Of a DNA stretch of 64,000 nucleotides, positions 36,359 to 49,251 are shown one piece after another. Numbering within the stretch: position 1 is the first letter of the stretch; each line of letters starts with the position of its first letter. Location: NCBI GenBank assembly GCA_040357565.1, contig JBDODJ010000018.1; one strand, 5' to 3'. The notes beneath the pieces were generated by a model. The model was not told the origin of the DNA, did not search any database, and saw nothing but the letters and a program-made list of their open reading frames with translations. Position numbers and translations under genes: made by a program. The stretch is from Cercozoa sp. M6MM (lineage: Eukaryota; Protista; Endomyxa: Ascetosporea).

Positions 36359-36872
36359 ATGGAGGATGCACCGTCCCCACTACGGGTATCTAGAGAGGTC
36401 TTGGGTGACTGGTTTTATATTTACAGCCGTATTTATCCCCCTCAGCTGTTGATTTCTTGCTTGGCTGCGTCGTCGGGATGCATCTTCCATGTGCAGTCGC
36501 TAGCTAATACAAAGACGTGCCGTCACAGTGTCGGTACCGTACCCTACATGCGGGCAACAATAGTGGGGAAATGGGTGACGCGTAGACATCGTTTTGCATT
36601 GAACAGAGAAGATTTTCCCGCGACGGGCACTGCATGCGGTTCTCGGTGCGTTTGTGAGCATGGCTACCTGCGCTGAGTTTGCGCTCCGAGAATACAGCGA
36701 AAGTCTCCCTGGTTGGATCGGCATCCGCTTGTCGCCTGCACCGCCTTTGCTGTTTATTTTGGTTGGATTCGTGCTACACACCGCCGCAGTCGTGTTACTT
36801 TCTGTGCCGGTGTGTTGCTCAGGGTATCGATACTCCCCTACACATGAACTGAGAAATAGCATATTAAGTTAA
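36359..36872 (+). CDS. Small hypothetical membrane protein
   Basis: Two-intron model keeps frame; hydrophobic segment LLFILVGFVLHTAAVVLLSVPVCC. Confidence 0.3.
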
Positions 36873-37724
36873 CTGTGAGTTCAGACCAGCATGCCTGCTG
36901 GGATCACAAGTGACCTGTCTGCTGTTGCGGTACACGCTCTCGTCACTGCATGAACTGACGCCTTCTCCAATAAGGTACTCGACCGGTAAGTATTGATGTA
37001 AATTTTCGCATATTTCCACTGACAGTTCGCTCTGGGACTTTTCTGCCATCGTACTGTTAGCCGACACATGTACTGCATTTTTAGTCTCCTTGTCAGTTGC
37101 TTTCTCGTCAGTTGCCTTGTTCCGTGATTTTCTATACAAACGTTTTTCCATCATCCAGCATACACGATGCTTTGTTGGATAAGAGGCGACTTGAAACCTG
37201 ACAAGGCAACCCTCATTGTGGAAGGTGTCGTCTTGTTGGCTATTCTACAGGTAGTTCCGGAATGGGTTTCCCGATTACCATCATTTTCCTAAACAACAGA
37301 TCAGCGCGGAGCATCGGTACCCGCCAGCTGCAGTTGTTGCCGTCTGTGCATTCTTCATCGACGGTGCCCGTGAGATCTCGGGTATTGCAGTAATTTATAC
37401 TCAGTACTTACTTCGCATCAATTGCAATAGATTTATATTTACCTTCTTTAGAATTGCGAAAGCCTGCGTTGTGCGGTGTACTTTTGGCCGCATGTATCGG
37501 AATAGCTGGACCGCTCAGGCTGCTAAACCACTCAAAGGACTTTTAGCCCGAGTACGGACTCAGGCTTTGTGAGCACTTAGCTCAGGCTTGGTCCGCAGAG
37601 TTGAGTAACTCAGTTCCGTTCAAATTCAGTGCTGTATTAACATCTGTCATTCATTGGCACCGTACCATTTAACACAAGCTAGTAGATATCAGTGGGTTCT
37701 GCTTCCAACTTAATCGTTTCATTG

Positions 37725-40093
37725 TCAGTTCGCCTGAGTTGTCACGGTGTCATTGCAAAGATCAATAGAATTTTGAATGATATCTCGACCCGGGTTAGCC
37801 CTGCGAAGCAAAACATGCTTTCGCTCCAGTCGGCTCACAGTCAGCAGTACTGGACGCGAAGCCAGTGGTCTGAAAGGTTTTCCAGCTTGTCGACTGAAGA
37901 AATACCGACACAATGTGTTCACACTCGACTGTCCTGTAAAAAATTGTGTTTTGTAATTCGCTGTACCAAACTGCTTTCGTGCGTCGATGGGTTTTTTGCT
38001 CAAAAGCTCTTCGGTGCATCGCTTTAGAGCTGCGTGGGTTTCAGGGTCGCGGCGCAAGAAGTCGCTCGCGTCGAGCGCCGCATTGTGCCCAAGCACGGTC
38101 CTTGCGAAGCAAGGGAAGAAAAATTGAATTTCTCGCAGCGCACTCGCTTCCGAGTCTGCTCCATGGCAGGCGTTCATGGTTGCATCCGTGCCGAACCGGC
38201 CTCGGATGCTCATGGGAGCGTTTTTTCGTGCGGTAAAAGTGTTTGTAGGTCCAAGGTAATGTCTCCATGCAAGTATTGCATCGTCTCGCTTTAAAACCTG
38301 CAGGTATTTCATGGATGGGTACTAAAATGGAAGGGTGGTTTTGGGCGAGGCGGTACCAATGCAAGTATTGGCTTTGAACACATGAAGTCAAGAAGCTCTC
38401 CAAAGAATCTTTTCCCCTTGTGCTCGGCATAGAATTCACCGGCAACATCCGGTGTCAATTGAACTAACCAAAAGTAGGAGTCATTATATATAGCTATGCA
38501 GGTAGAAGTTGTCGTGACGGTATGTGCAGAAAAACATACCAACCTTACGCCGCACAATTGAGAACCCGCACTGATCGATTACATCAAGAATCGCATCAAC
38601 GCTGCCGTTGGCCATTGTGTCGGGTTTCAACATCGCGTACGTATACTGCGTTCGGTTCTTGCCCGCAAAAAGTGAGTAGTTGTTTGAGATCTTGAGGTAG
38701 TCACTCTCGTCACAACGAAGTCTCACGAGGGCTTCTGCGCCTCGTCCTTCTACGTAGTACAGGTGCGCAGTTAAGAAGTCTGCCTTTAGCTCCACAACTT
38801 GTTCTTCTGTTAATTCTGTCTTAGACTGCTCTGTGACGAAAAAACAGCCTTCCCCTGCCTCGAGTTGAACTCGAAGAAGTTCGAGTTTTTTCTTTGATGT
38901 TGATGATGGCACTGCAACAACGACACGCTGCAGCTCTCTCGACGCGTCGATTCCGAAGTACTCAGCCACGTAGTGCTTGTACTCGGGAGATTGGCTCTCG
39001 CAGAAGTGCGCTCCGCACAGGTTGTCGATAAGCTCCCGAATGTGATTCTTCGCGTTTCTCCGAGTTACTTCAAAGGCCATCACGGCACCCGCACCAAACC
39101 TAGTGTCCAGTTGGTCTTGCTCAAGCACATGCGCTTTTTTGCGTTGGAAAAGGAAATCGCTTTCAATCATCTGTTTTTCCAGCTGCATTGCCGAATCCAA
39201 AGGGCAAACTACGACCAGGCTCTCGAGAGGCATTCGCAAGTCCTCTGCTGCCACTGTTTCTTGCGAGAAGAAGGAATCCACTTCGACCGCATCAGCGTAC
39301 AGTATGGCAACCTTAGATTCTCCAAGCTCTTCGCTGGCACGAAAATGCAGCGACTTCAGTTGCTCTACCAGGTCGGAGATCTTCCAAAGGTAAACGTTGC
39401 TTCGTCGCAGCTTTTCCTGCATCTCAGGTCCTTGGCGCTCAATCTCATCGTACCCCCACCCAAATGCCCGCCAGCTTTCCTCACTCAACGCCCAAAGCTG
39501 AGTCATTCGATGCTTGTGAACGTGAATGGAGGCCGACTTTTCTAACTCAGCCGTGATGAAGTCATCGTCTAGAGTGTTCAATGATCGTAGTGCAAAGACT
39601 GCTTGCTTTTCCGTTTCTTCCGCCTGTTCCATGCACACGCATTTAAAATTTACAGCTTTCATCACAAATTTGGGAAACTGAAGAAAGCCACCTCGACTTC
39701 AGGCTCGCCTGAGGCATTAGAGCCTGCCGACTGTTCCGATTCTTGCTCAATCATCTCTCTCTCTCTCTCTCTCTCGGCTACTAATCCGTTAGCTGTGCAC
39801 CTCGTCGCCTTCCGTCACCGACTTTCCTGGTATTCTTCTGTGAAACGCTCGGACAAACCAAACGCAACTGGTTCGCTTATTGGGTGTCGATACGGATATC
39901 CTTCGGCAGCGGACAACGGTAACCTCCCGACATACAGATCGCATCTAAAAGATACTTGCGGTGGCAATGCAGCTGACGCTCGCGGCTCGCTCACTTCAGG
40001 AGGCGTGTAACGGTACGATATCGTACGTACCTCGTCTATCGTTTCGTTTCGCTGAGATATATCGTGTTCGTGCACGACAACTGAAACAGACAT
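37725..40093 (-). CDS. Group II nucleoside-diphosphate-kinase-domain protein (NME5-like, Dpy-30-like tail) with long N-terminal extension
   Basis: TYAMLKPD, EFYAEHKGKRFFGELLDFMCS, AWRHYLGPTN, SIRGRFGTDATMNACHGADS..A.REIQFFFP, then AALKRCTEELLSKKPIDA. Confidence 0.85.
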
Positions 40094-40194
40094 GAAACGA
40101 AAACGAAAGTCCCTCGAGTCGAGTGACTGAGGTAGTCACGTCTCCGCACTTAGTTAGACGAACGAACCGCACGGGAACGCAACCAACGACTTGC

Positions 40195-41751
40195 TTAAAC
40201 CGACCGCTGCTCAATCCACTGCTTGACAACTTCGCAGCTTTCTTGTCGCGTGCTTGGTTCTACAACACGGACGGATATAAAAAGAGTCAAAGTTACATGA
40301 ACAAGCGATGCGCAAAAGCGAAAACGACGAGTACCAAGAAAGAGGCAATGTGGGCCATCCTCCACTAAGTGCAACGTTTTGTCCTTAGAGCGCGACTCGG
40401 CGAAAAGTTGCTCGCTGAGCGTTGGCGAGGTCATGCGATCGGCAGTGCCTGAAATATATTTTTAACAAGTTCGGAGAGTTCGACACAAATAACAAGGAGA
40501 CCAACAAAAGCTTAGTTACCGTGCAAAACCAGGAAAGGCACGTCCAGCAAATCCAGACACGTTGCGATATGAAGAGAAGTGTCGAGCAGCTCGCACGACA
40601 ACTCGGTTTTGAACATGTCGGTGCTGTAAAAGGGTCCATCGCGTAGCCGACGTCGCATATCATTGTCCCAGCAGCTGCAGCAAACTCGACTCAAAAGATA
40701 CGTAGTTTACACTGACAAAGAAGTTGATCTACAGTGACCCGATGATGGCACTTCGCGGTATCAATTTCGCCTTCGGGAAAATCCAGCGTAGCGCCTGCAA
40801 TAGCTGCACACAGACCCATCGATGTAAAATACCACTACCACAACAACAAAAACAACAACAGCAACAGCAGCAGCAACAACAACATCCACAACAACAAGTG
40901 TCGGTACCTTAATCTGATACTCTGGCGGTTTCAATAGAATGCCGAGCATCGGCGCGGAAAAGATTGAACCGCGGTGGCCCAAAGCACGCAGCTGCCGTTT
41001 ATATCGCGTGCTTAAGTAGAAGTTGACTGCGCCGCCCATGCTCTCACCTAGTGTGAAGAAAGGCACGTCGCGACAGTCTTCCAAGAAGCTCTCCTCTTCT
41101 CGCACATGCCGAACGAAGCTCAACTGCGCAACGAGCCGTCATTCAAAACAGCATGCACATAGAAACAATACATAAATTGTTACAGTGTCATCAACGAGAC
41201 CGTCGAAACCGTTGGCGCCGAGTTCAATCCAAGGGCCGTCACTAAATCCGTGTCCTTCCGGCTCCAGCACGCAGATGGCAGCTTCAAAAATAAGGCATGA
41301 TTGCAACTTACATACAAGAACATGACGTACCGTCTAACAGGTGGACCCAACGGTGAAACTCCAGCAATGACACCCATCGTGCTCTGCCATTAACATCAAC
41401 GAGGAAAGAGCAAAAAGGTGTAGGTCTTTTTTATACGATTCGTTTAGTCCGAGGATGCGGACCAGGACGAGCTTCACTGGCCGATCTCTTGGCCGCCACA
41501 AACGATACTACAGTCTTATACCAACGTAAACATACGGACGGGATAGCAGGCATGATAGATGGACACACGGCAAGTCGGCGCCCTTCGAGACACAGAGTTC
41601 CGTCCTTGTTGAGCAAACCCGGTGGTGTGCACAAATCGGCGTCGCGCGGAATGCGAAGCCTCCGCCGTGCCGCACCTGACTCCCTGGGCTCACCGTCAAA
41701 CGCGCCCTTGTTGAACTGAAGGTGTGCACGCGCTATTTCTTCGTCACGCAT
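40195..41751 (-). CDS. Alpha/beta hydrolase, monoacylglycerol-lipase/lysophospholipase type
   Basis: EGHGFSDG, nucleophile motif GESMGG, SAPML, PFLVLHGTADRMT (Asp), GPHCL (His). Confidence 0.9.
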
Positions 41752-42220
41752 ATTATTTCGGACACCGTCTGATTTGTCGGAATGTTCACGTTCAGCAGAA
41801 ACGCGCCACTCAGAGCAAAGGTGCTAAGACATACCCACTTGCGGCACACCAGCTGTGGCGCCTGTTTAGACGACAAAAGCCTGAAGCAAAGGACAGAGCA
41901 ATGATGTAGTACTGTAAGACCGTACCGTTACAAAGTCAATCCGGGTGATCGCACGACTTTGGCACTTTTGAGGTCCAAAATACCAACAAAATGCACTTGC
42001 ACACTCTATGTGCCGCTCACTGGCTGCACCGTGCTTGCGGACGCTTGCGCGGACAATGATCGGTTTTTACTGTACAGCACGTACAACCTACAGTACAGCA
42101 CAAGTAGTATAGCGCAAGCGGCTTGTGCAGCAGTGTGCCCTTTGAGTTGTAGTGTCTAGCGCCCGATCACGTCTCGTAGTGGCGAGCTTTTTGTGAATCC
42201 TCTCTGGGGAGCAACACACA

Positions 42221-42756
42221 ATGGGGGCCTCTGTGTCAAGCGATGCCTTGACTGGCGGTGTGCCGAGTGAGTTGTTTTTCTGCTGTAATAATCATGTCAA
42301 TACACATGGCGGCATTGATTTTAATCCAATACGGTAGTTGAATCCTCATTTTGTCGCAAGAAGGCCTCCAAGGTAAAGATTAGTCCCACATCTCTTGTGG
42401 AGTTGATCACACAGTTTGTGTTTTCAGATGCGAAGGAAGGCGACGCCCGAATCGCTACAGCGTGACGTGGCGCGACTGAACGCACTGTGCCGCTGGCTGG
42501 CGCACCCGCGTAAAGCTTCCAAAGTGCACGAGAGGTGTAGAGCTTTTGCACCTCCGACTCTGTTCTCGTAGAGACTGGCACGAAACTGTTCTTTGAGGTG
42601 GCAACACGCTTCGACAATCCTTCGCTAGCGCGCTCGTTCTGGCGGCTGCCGAGGTAGCGCGTCTGCTGAGTTGGAACAATGTAGCAGCAAGTGTTTGTGT
42701 GTCTTTGTGTCTGTGTCTGTGTCTGTGTCTTCTGCCTTGTGTCTTGTGTGTGTGTG

Positions 42757-42836
<80 letters not shown>

Positions 42837-43826
42837 GTTTGTGCATGTAGAGCCACCGTGATTGTGGCGTGGCAACAAGGCGAAACCAGGGCCGACGGTG
42901 GCAATGCACACCTGAGCACTCGACGGTACTTCCTGGTGCCGACGCGACGCCGACCCGAGCATGTACCTTCCTAACCTCAGACAGACAAAACAGCAAAATA
43001 CATTAGTGTCCTTGTGGGTGTGCAGTTGAGCTCTCCGCGTGCGTTGAGTGTGCACGACTTCTACCGCGTGCTGTACTTTGTGCAAAACAACGCGAGCGCC
43101 TTCACACAGCCCTCGGAGGAACCATCGCACGACACGGTCGATCAGGAGACACACGATGACGACGATGACTTTAGCGACGACGATGGCGACTGTCCAATGT
43201 AACTGTGCGTGTGTATGACATGTGCGTCTTTCCTTCTCTTTATTATCTTTGTCCAGCTGTCTGGAACGTGATGCCACTGTTGTTCTCTCTTGCACGCACA
43301 CGTTCTGCTCTGGTGGGTCTATCTGTATGTGTGCGCGTGTCTGTGTTTACGTGTCTGTTTACGTGTCTGTGTTTATGTGTCTGTGTGGTTGTTAGAGTGC
43401 ATGGAAGAGTGGCGTCAAAAGCAGGTATCCGCTTGCCTCTTGTTCGGCAGTCTGCCCACACATGGGCTTTGGTTCAGTCCGAGGCGGCTGAGTGCCCCAT
43501 GTGCCGTGCCAGTTGTGCCGACGAAGCCAGTGATTGGAACCTCCTTGACGAGGATTCGGTAAGTCAGTCTGTCTCTGTGTTTTTATTGTATCCGATGTCA
43601 ACCCTACATTTAGAACGAGCTGCTCGACTCGGTTCTCAACTCGCCGTTCGCTTTTGTCGCAGCTCAACCGTACCTGGCTTTCCAATCAACTCATCGCACC
43701 TTGACACGCTTGTTTTTTTTGCCTTCAATGATGTGACATACCGACAGTCGCTTGGACGATTCAAATCTGCAGCTGCTCGCTGTGGCCACCGGCGCTGCGC
43801 GAGAACCACCTGTCGACAACAATTAG
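42221..43826 (+). CDS. C3HC4 RING E3 ligase, RNF141-like, with N-myristoylation motif
   Basis: Start MGASVS (MGxxxS). Spliced RING CPICLERDATVVLSCTHTFCSECMEEW...ECPMCR followed by SDWNLLD. Confidence 0.8.
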
Positions 43827-44134
43827 AACGGCATTTTACCAAACGAGCCCCGAACTGATTATTTGTAGAAATACAACACGATGACGCGGACATGCTATGT
43901 CACGTTAAATCGGGTCGGGTAGGGCTGAATGATTGAAGAAATCACGAGATATTCATCAATCAGCCAGTCAGGTGGTCACAAGGTGCTACAATTTAATTCG
44001 GAAACTATCGGCACCGCAGTGTGTGTGAGTGTGCCCAGTGTCTGAACGAGTGCCAACGTACGTATATGGTGCTTTCAGTGTCCTGTTGGGGGTTCGTCAG
44101 GTGAACTTGTTTGTTTTGTGCACCATTGCTGTAG

Positions 44135-45327
44135 ATGGCAAGCGAGCAGCAGCAGAAGGTTCTGGTGATTGGAGGCGGCTGTGCCGGTCTTGGCACCGCT
44201 GTCACACTCGCGTAAATTTTCTGCTTTGCTGACTAGACTTGAGATATTCTGGACGCTCGATTTGTTTGTAGTTCGCGCGGCGTGCCGACTGTGCTCGTCA
44301 GCGATGAGTTTTCGCCACTTACGACATCAGACGTTAGTGCTGGGTATCCATCTAAAGACGATTGTGGCAGAAAGCGGTCTCTGTGAATTGCCTAAATTAT
44401 ATGTTTGATGTAAATTTAGCTTCTGGGAACCGATTATGGTGAAGGAATGCGGTGCCGACGCTGCTGCCTTGGAACGCACGCGTCGCTGTAAAATGCACAG
44501 TTTTAACCCCTTGCCTTGGTGTCCTTATCTTGTTTATTTCTTTCGATGCTGGTTAGGGTCGGGCACAACGTTTGACTTTCTGACTGAGGTGATGCACGCT
44601 TTCGGTACGCCGGCTTCGGGGTGCTCGCTGTGCAGTGGCTTCGGTACGCCGCCGCCTAGCTCTTGCTCTGTACAATTGATATGTTGGATTCTTGCTGTTC
44701 CCAAATCAGAGCTGCTCAAGGAGAAGAACGCAAAGCCGCACTTTTACTCGGACCTCGCTATCGGCTTCCGTAGTCTCTCGGACCGCGACATTGCACGCAT
44801 TACAAATGGCAACGATTACGGCACGGCGTTTGCTTGGACAACTGTCATGTGCGACCAGCGAATGTACTTGCCTTTTCTGCTGCGTCACTTTGTCGCGCTC
44901 GGCGGCGAGGTGCAGCAGCGCCGGGTCTCTAGTCTGCTGGAGGAAACGCAGCAGTACGCTGCTGTCGTCAACTGCACTGGCCTGGTATACACTATAATTG
45001 TACTGATTAACCCTACATATCTACGTGATACCTACTGGACAGGGTGCTACTGATCTCGATGTCGGCGAATCCAACATGCTGCCTACTCGTGGTCAGGTAG
45101 TTATCTCCCGTTGTGTTGGGTGCTGTCGCTGTGCATGTTATTGTGCACCCAGGTCGTCAAACGCAAGAACCGCGGTGTTTCGCATTTCTGGATGACTGAC
45201 GATGTACCTCTCTGTGTGTTTCCCACAGTAGTTGACAGATATACACTCTCTACAGGGTCCGGGTGGACACTGCGTTTATGTACTGCCGCGTCCTGATTCG
45301 ACCGTCGTCACTGGCGGCACTTTCCAA
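44135..45327 (+). CDS. D-amino-acid/D-aspartate oxidase (3' end lost in gap)
   Basis: KVLVIGGGCAGLGTA (FAD binding), TTSDVSAGFW, YLPFL, VVNCTGLGA, PTRGQVV, YVLPRPDSTVVTGGTFQ. Confidence 0.9.
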
Positions 45328-45330
45328 GTA

Positions 45331-45388
<58 letters not shown>

Positions 45389-45488
45389 NNNNNNNNNNNN
45401 NNNNNNNNNNNNNNNNNNNNNNNNNNNNNNNNNNNNNNNNNNNNNNNNNNNNNNNNNNNNNNNNNNNNNNNNNNNNNNNNNNNNNNNN

Positions 45489-45537
<49 letters not shown>

Positions 45538-45558
45538 CTATCACCGTCTTTCAGGCAG

Positions 45559-46567
45559 GTGCACTGGCAGCATGTGTCCTCGCAGTACTGGTGACGGTGG
45601 CGGCGTCACAGTCGACTTATGAGCTGCACGTGCATCATTATATCATCGCCTTGTTGCTGTGGGCACTTACACCCTTTCGACACTGGACTTCGTGCCTCAT
45701 CCAGGGCGCCTGCATCGGTATCATCCAATGCAGTGTTGCAGACTGTACATAACGCTTCTGACCCACCCGCACAGGCATGTTCATTGATGGCATTGTTCAA
45801 TGGGGCCCCGACCCACTTTTTTCGAGGCATGTGACGCCTCGCTTCGCCAGTTTCGACGTGCTCACTGTGTGGAAACATTCTATCAATTTACGTTTGTTCT
45901 CGTGTCCGCCTTGTACCCTTTATTTCTTGGTTTGCTCACAGGATGGCGATGGCTCGATTGGCAACTTTAGCGTTATCTTGGACTGGTCGTCACCTGCGGT
46001 TCACCTTTATTCTCCCTAACCCATATGAGCTAGTCCTCTTCAATATGAGCAGAACCACCAATGGCAGGACGAGCTGAATCGCGCGCAGGTCTCGGTCAAC
46101 AACGTCTTGATCTCGGATGCTCTCGACAGCACGCGGCGCTTTGTGTTTTCGGAGCAACTGCTGGAGGACCTGCTGGGCGAGAGCAAGCAGGCTGGTAACG
46201 CTTCTTTTGCTTTGTTAGAAGAAGTTTTGGCTAAGTGTTTCGTATGTACAGTATTCCTTGCGGGTGCACGATTTACAGGTGGGTTTCTCGCAGAGTCGAC
46301 CTACTGGTCGCGGCCTGTCCAACTGTACCATGCTTTTGTTTCTTGTTGCGATGCTGTTCTTTGACTGGATGTGAATCTCGCAATATTGTGTTTTGCAGAG
46401 ACCTCGCGAAGCTGCGCGAGCAAGCGAGTGAACCAGAGGCTTCGAAGCCGAGAATTCGAGCAGCAAATTTCGCGGGAAGCAACGACCAACATCGGTATCG
46501 CTCGGCCGAGCTCGGCGAGCTTGCGATGAGCATAGGCCGGGTTTTTGACTTGAGAAGCGAAGGCTAA
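45559..46567 (+). CDS. 3' part of a membrane protein with an HxHHY...GxFIxGxxxWG motif
   Basis: YELHVHHYIIALLL and GMFIDGIVQWGPDPLF recall the C-terminal membrane region of fungal LCCL-domain proteins. Not a continuation of DAO. Confidence 0.45.
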
Positions 46568-46884
46568 AACTCGACTGCGTCCGCATGCGTACGTGCGTAC
46601 TGTAGCGACATCGAATGAACTCGGGTCGAACCAACTTTAACCTAACTAACTAAACGTACACCACTGCCGTGTACGTACGCTACCGTACTGTGCTGTAGCG
46701 TAGAAAGTGCGAAACTAACTAAATTCCAGTCAAAATCCGACAACTGACACCACTTAGAAGCAGCGGGGCACGCCACACGCGCAGTTGTTTGTACTTTCGT
46801 TAGGCTAGTTAAATGCGAGCGTTAGTTCTCACTTCGTGACTATAGAACAGGTGTTTATGCTTTTCACCCCTTGCTCACTTTCAG

Positions 46885-48756
46885 ATGAGTGCAAACTTAG
46901 CCTGCATTGTGCACGTCATGTTGAAACTGCTGAGTTTGTCGCTGCTGTCGGTTTGCCGCGCCAGTTTTTCTGATGAACAGGTAGGTGTAATCTGCATCGA
47001 TCGCTGGATTTCATTGGCATCAAACGGCGGCCTGTAAAATTTGAACAACTTCAGACCCCGGTATACAGCTGGGAGCGACGTAACCAGCCACGCCTGCCAA
47101 TGATCGCCGCAACACAGCCTTGTATTGTCGTTGCAGAGGCATCCGACTTCCCTGGTCCTGATAGCAGTTGCCGACCCCACTGCTCGCGCCGGCACAGTGA
47201 CTCACATTTTGAGTTCCGAGCGAAGAGAGGTACCGCCCTGTAGTCACCACACACCGCTTCGCGGTTGTTCTGACACAATACTAGCGAAACTGGTTTGGAA
47301 GCAGTACTACCACGTTCCGTGTGTGTGAGTTGCGATAACGCAGACTTCTATCGACGCACAGCTTGCACTCCGGGAGACACTGACAGTGATGGCAGAACCA
47401 GTAGCAGCGACTCTGACACCAGCCAGGAGGTTTGCGTGTCTCCGATCACGCAGACGGCAACTTCGCCTCCAAACGGTGACTCGCAGCCAAGCTGCGAGGA
47501 AGAAGCTGACCGATTTGTCCGCATGTACTTCGGTAAATTGTTCGCTGACCTACTGTATCATAATTTGGAGAGGGGTTTTGAATTTTAGACCAAGAGCAGA
47601 AAGCGCACAGAGACGGCTTGCAGCCGACGACGTACCTGAACACGAACACTAGTCAATCGCCGTCACACCGGTACCGGCAAAGAGTCATGGCGTGGCTGAG
47701 AGATGGTACTTACTTGTTTTGCTTCAACGTGTCCCGCCTGGGTACACTTGAGGTCTGTTTAGTGGTGAAACTAAAACGCTACGATGCTCGTTTGTGTGCG
47801 ACGGCGGCATTGATTTACGACCGAGCTATGTCACAGTTGTGTCACGACGCGAGCTTTCGGATACCCCAAGAGTACCCTCTTCACCTTCAGTTTTGTCCAA
47901 TTAAGTTCAGTTGGTTTCTAAATCGATGGCGACGAATCTGGACAGACTGCAAGCTGTCGCAATCACGAGTCTCGTTTTGGCGTCCAAATACGTCGGAGCG
48001 TAGATATTATCTTACGCCATAATGTGTACATTTACCCTAGACCTGCAATGTATTGTGCAGACCCAACCCAGAGATGTGTGAGAAAGAGGCATCCCGGCTG
48101 TGTGCCGATGCTGTTGCGACATCACCATCGAACATTGCTGCCTGGCAGGTGTCTCGACACTCTTTCTCTAGCTAGTTTGCCCTTCCTTCAAGCGCAGTTC
48201 AAGCACAAACTGAAGTTTGTATTGTGTGATTTTTAGAGTCGCATCCTCAACCTCCTCCAGTTTCGTCTGATGATGCCAACTCTCGTGGATTTTCTCGACG
48301 AAGTGGCACCTTCGGTTGCACTAGAGCACTTGGCGTTCCTACGCGATCAAGTGGTGTTCAAAACGCACAGATTTGCGACAATGTATGCGCAGCCACAATC
48401 GTTGCAAGCAGTGGCGGTGCTCCAGTCGCTTGCGCGTCTCTCCAATGATAGAAGTGTCACAGAGCAGCTGGAGGTATTGCAAATCAATTACCACCTTGTA
48501 TCCTTAATTAATTACTCTCCAATTTGGATTGAGCTTGACTGAAACTGAACAGCTGCAAGCAGTTCGACTCCTGAAAGCAACGCCTGCACAATACAATTTG
48601 TCGAATCTGCCTGACATGGTTGGTACGCAGTCCAGTTCTTCGGAAAAGTGTCAAAGCAAACAAGGTCCAGTTCTTCGAAAAAGTGTACTTGGCAGAATCG
48701 ATTCTGGACGGTGCAACGTTGTGATGAAATCGACGCTGTTCACAGTCTGCCAATGA
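46885..48756 (+). CDS. Divergent cyclin (cyclin-box protein); ends approximate
   Basis: YRQRVMAWLRD, AALIYDR, LQAVAITSLVLASKY, ILNLLQFRLMMPTLVDFL. Confidence 0.7.
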
Positions 48757-49251
48757 AGTGAACTGTCCGACATATCCCAGAATCCAGAGATCGGACGCAA
48801 GCCCATCGATGCGGGCTGCAGGATCGTACGCAGCGCCGCTTTCGCTTACAGCCTGAGTAATTCATTTACGTTACCGTAAATTACAGGCAGTAAAATTTAC
48901 AGTACTGACAGTAGTTAGTTAGTTCAGTCTTCTAAGAACGTTGAAGCTTGGCGACACGAAGCCGTCAAGCGTGCGTCATTGGGGTACGAGGTCGTTCACT
49001 ACACGTCCACGCAGACTCCCTTGGCGTCAACGTTCGCCCTGCAGCAGTCTCGTCTCAGTACTGACAGTACTACGGTACGCGACTGACCAACCCTGAGCAG
49101 GCTGCCTGAGCGCTAGCTGAGGGTACCTACGAGTACGTACGGTAGACAACTGCACTTTAAATATCTCTTCGACTTGACTGTCGCAACGGTAAGTACTAGC
49201 TACGAGTATGTACGATAGACAGGTGCACTTTATATATATATATATATATAC

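Noticed and set aside
40836-40896. Poly-Gln ORF on the + strand
   Set aside because: It is a (GTT/GCT)n tract within an intron of the minus-strand hydrolase.
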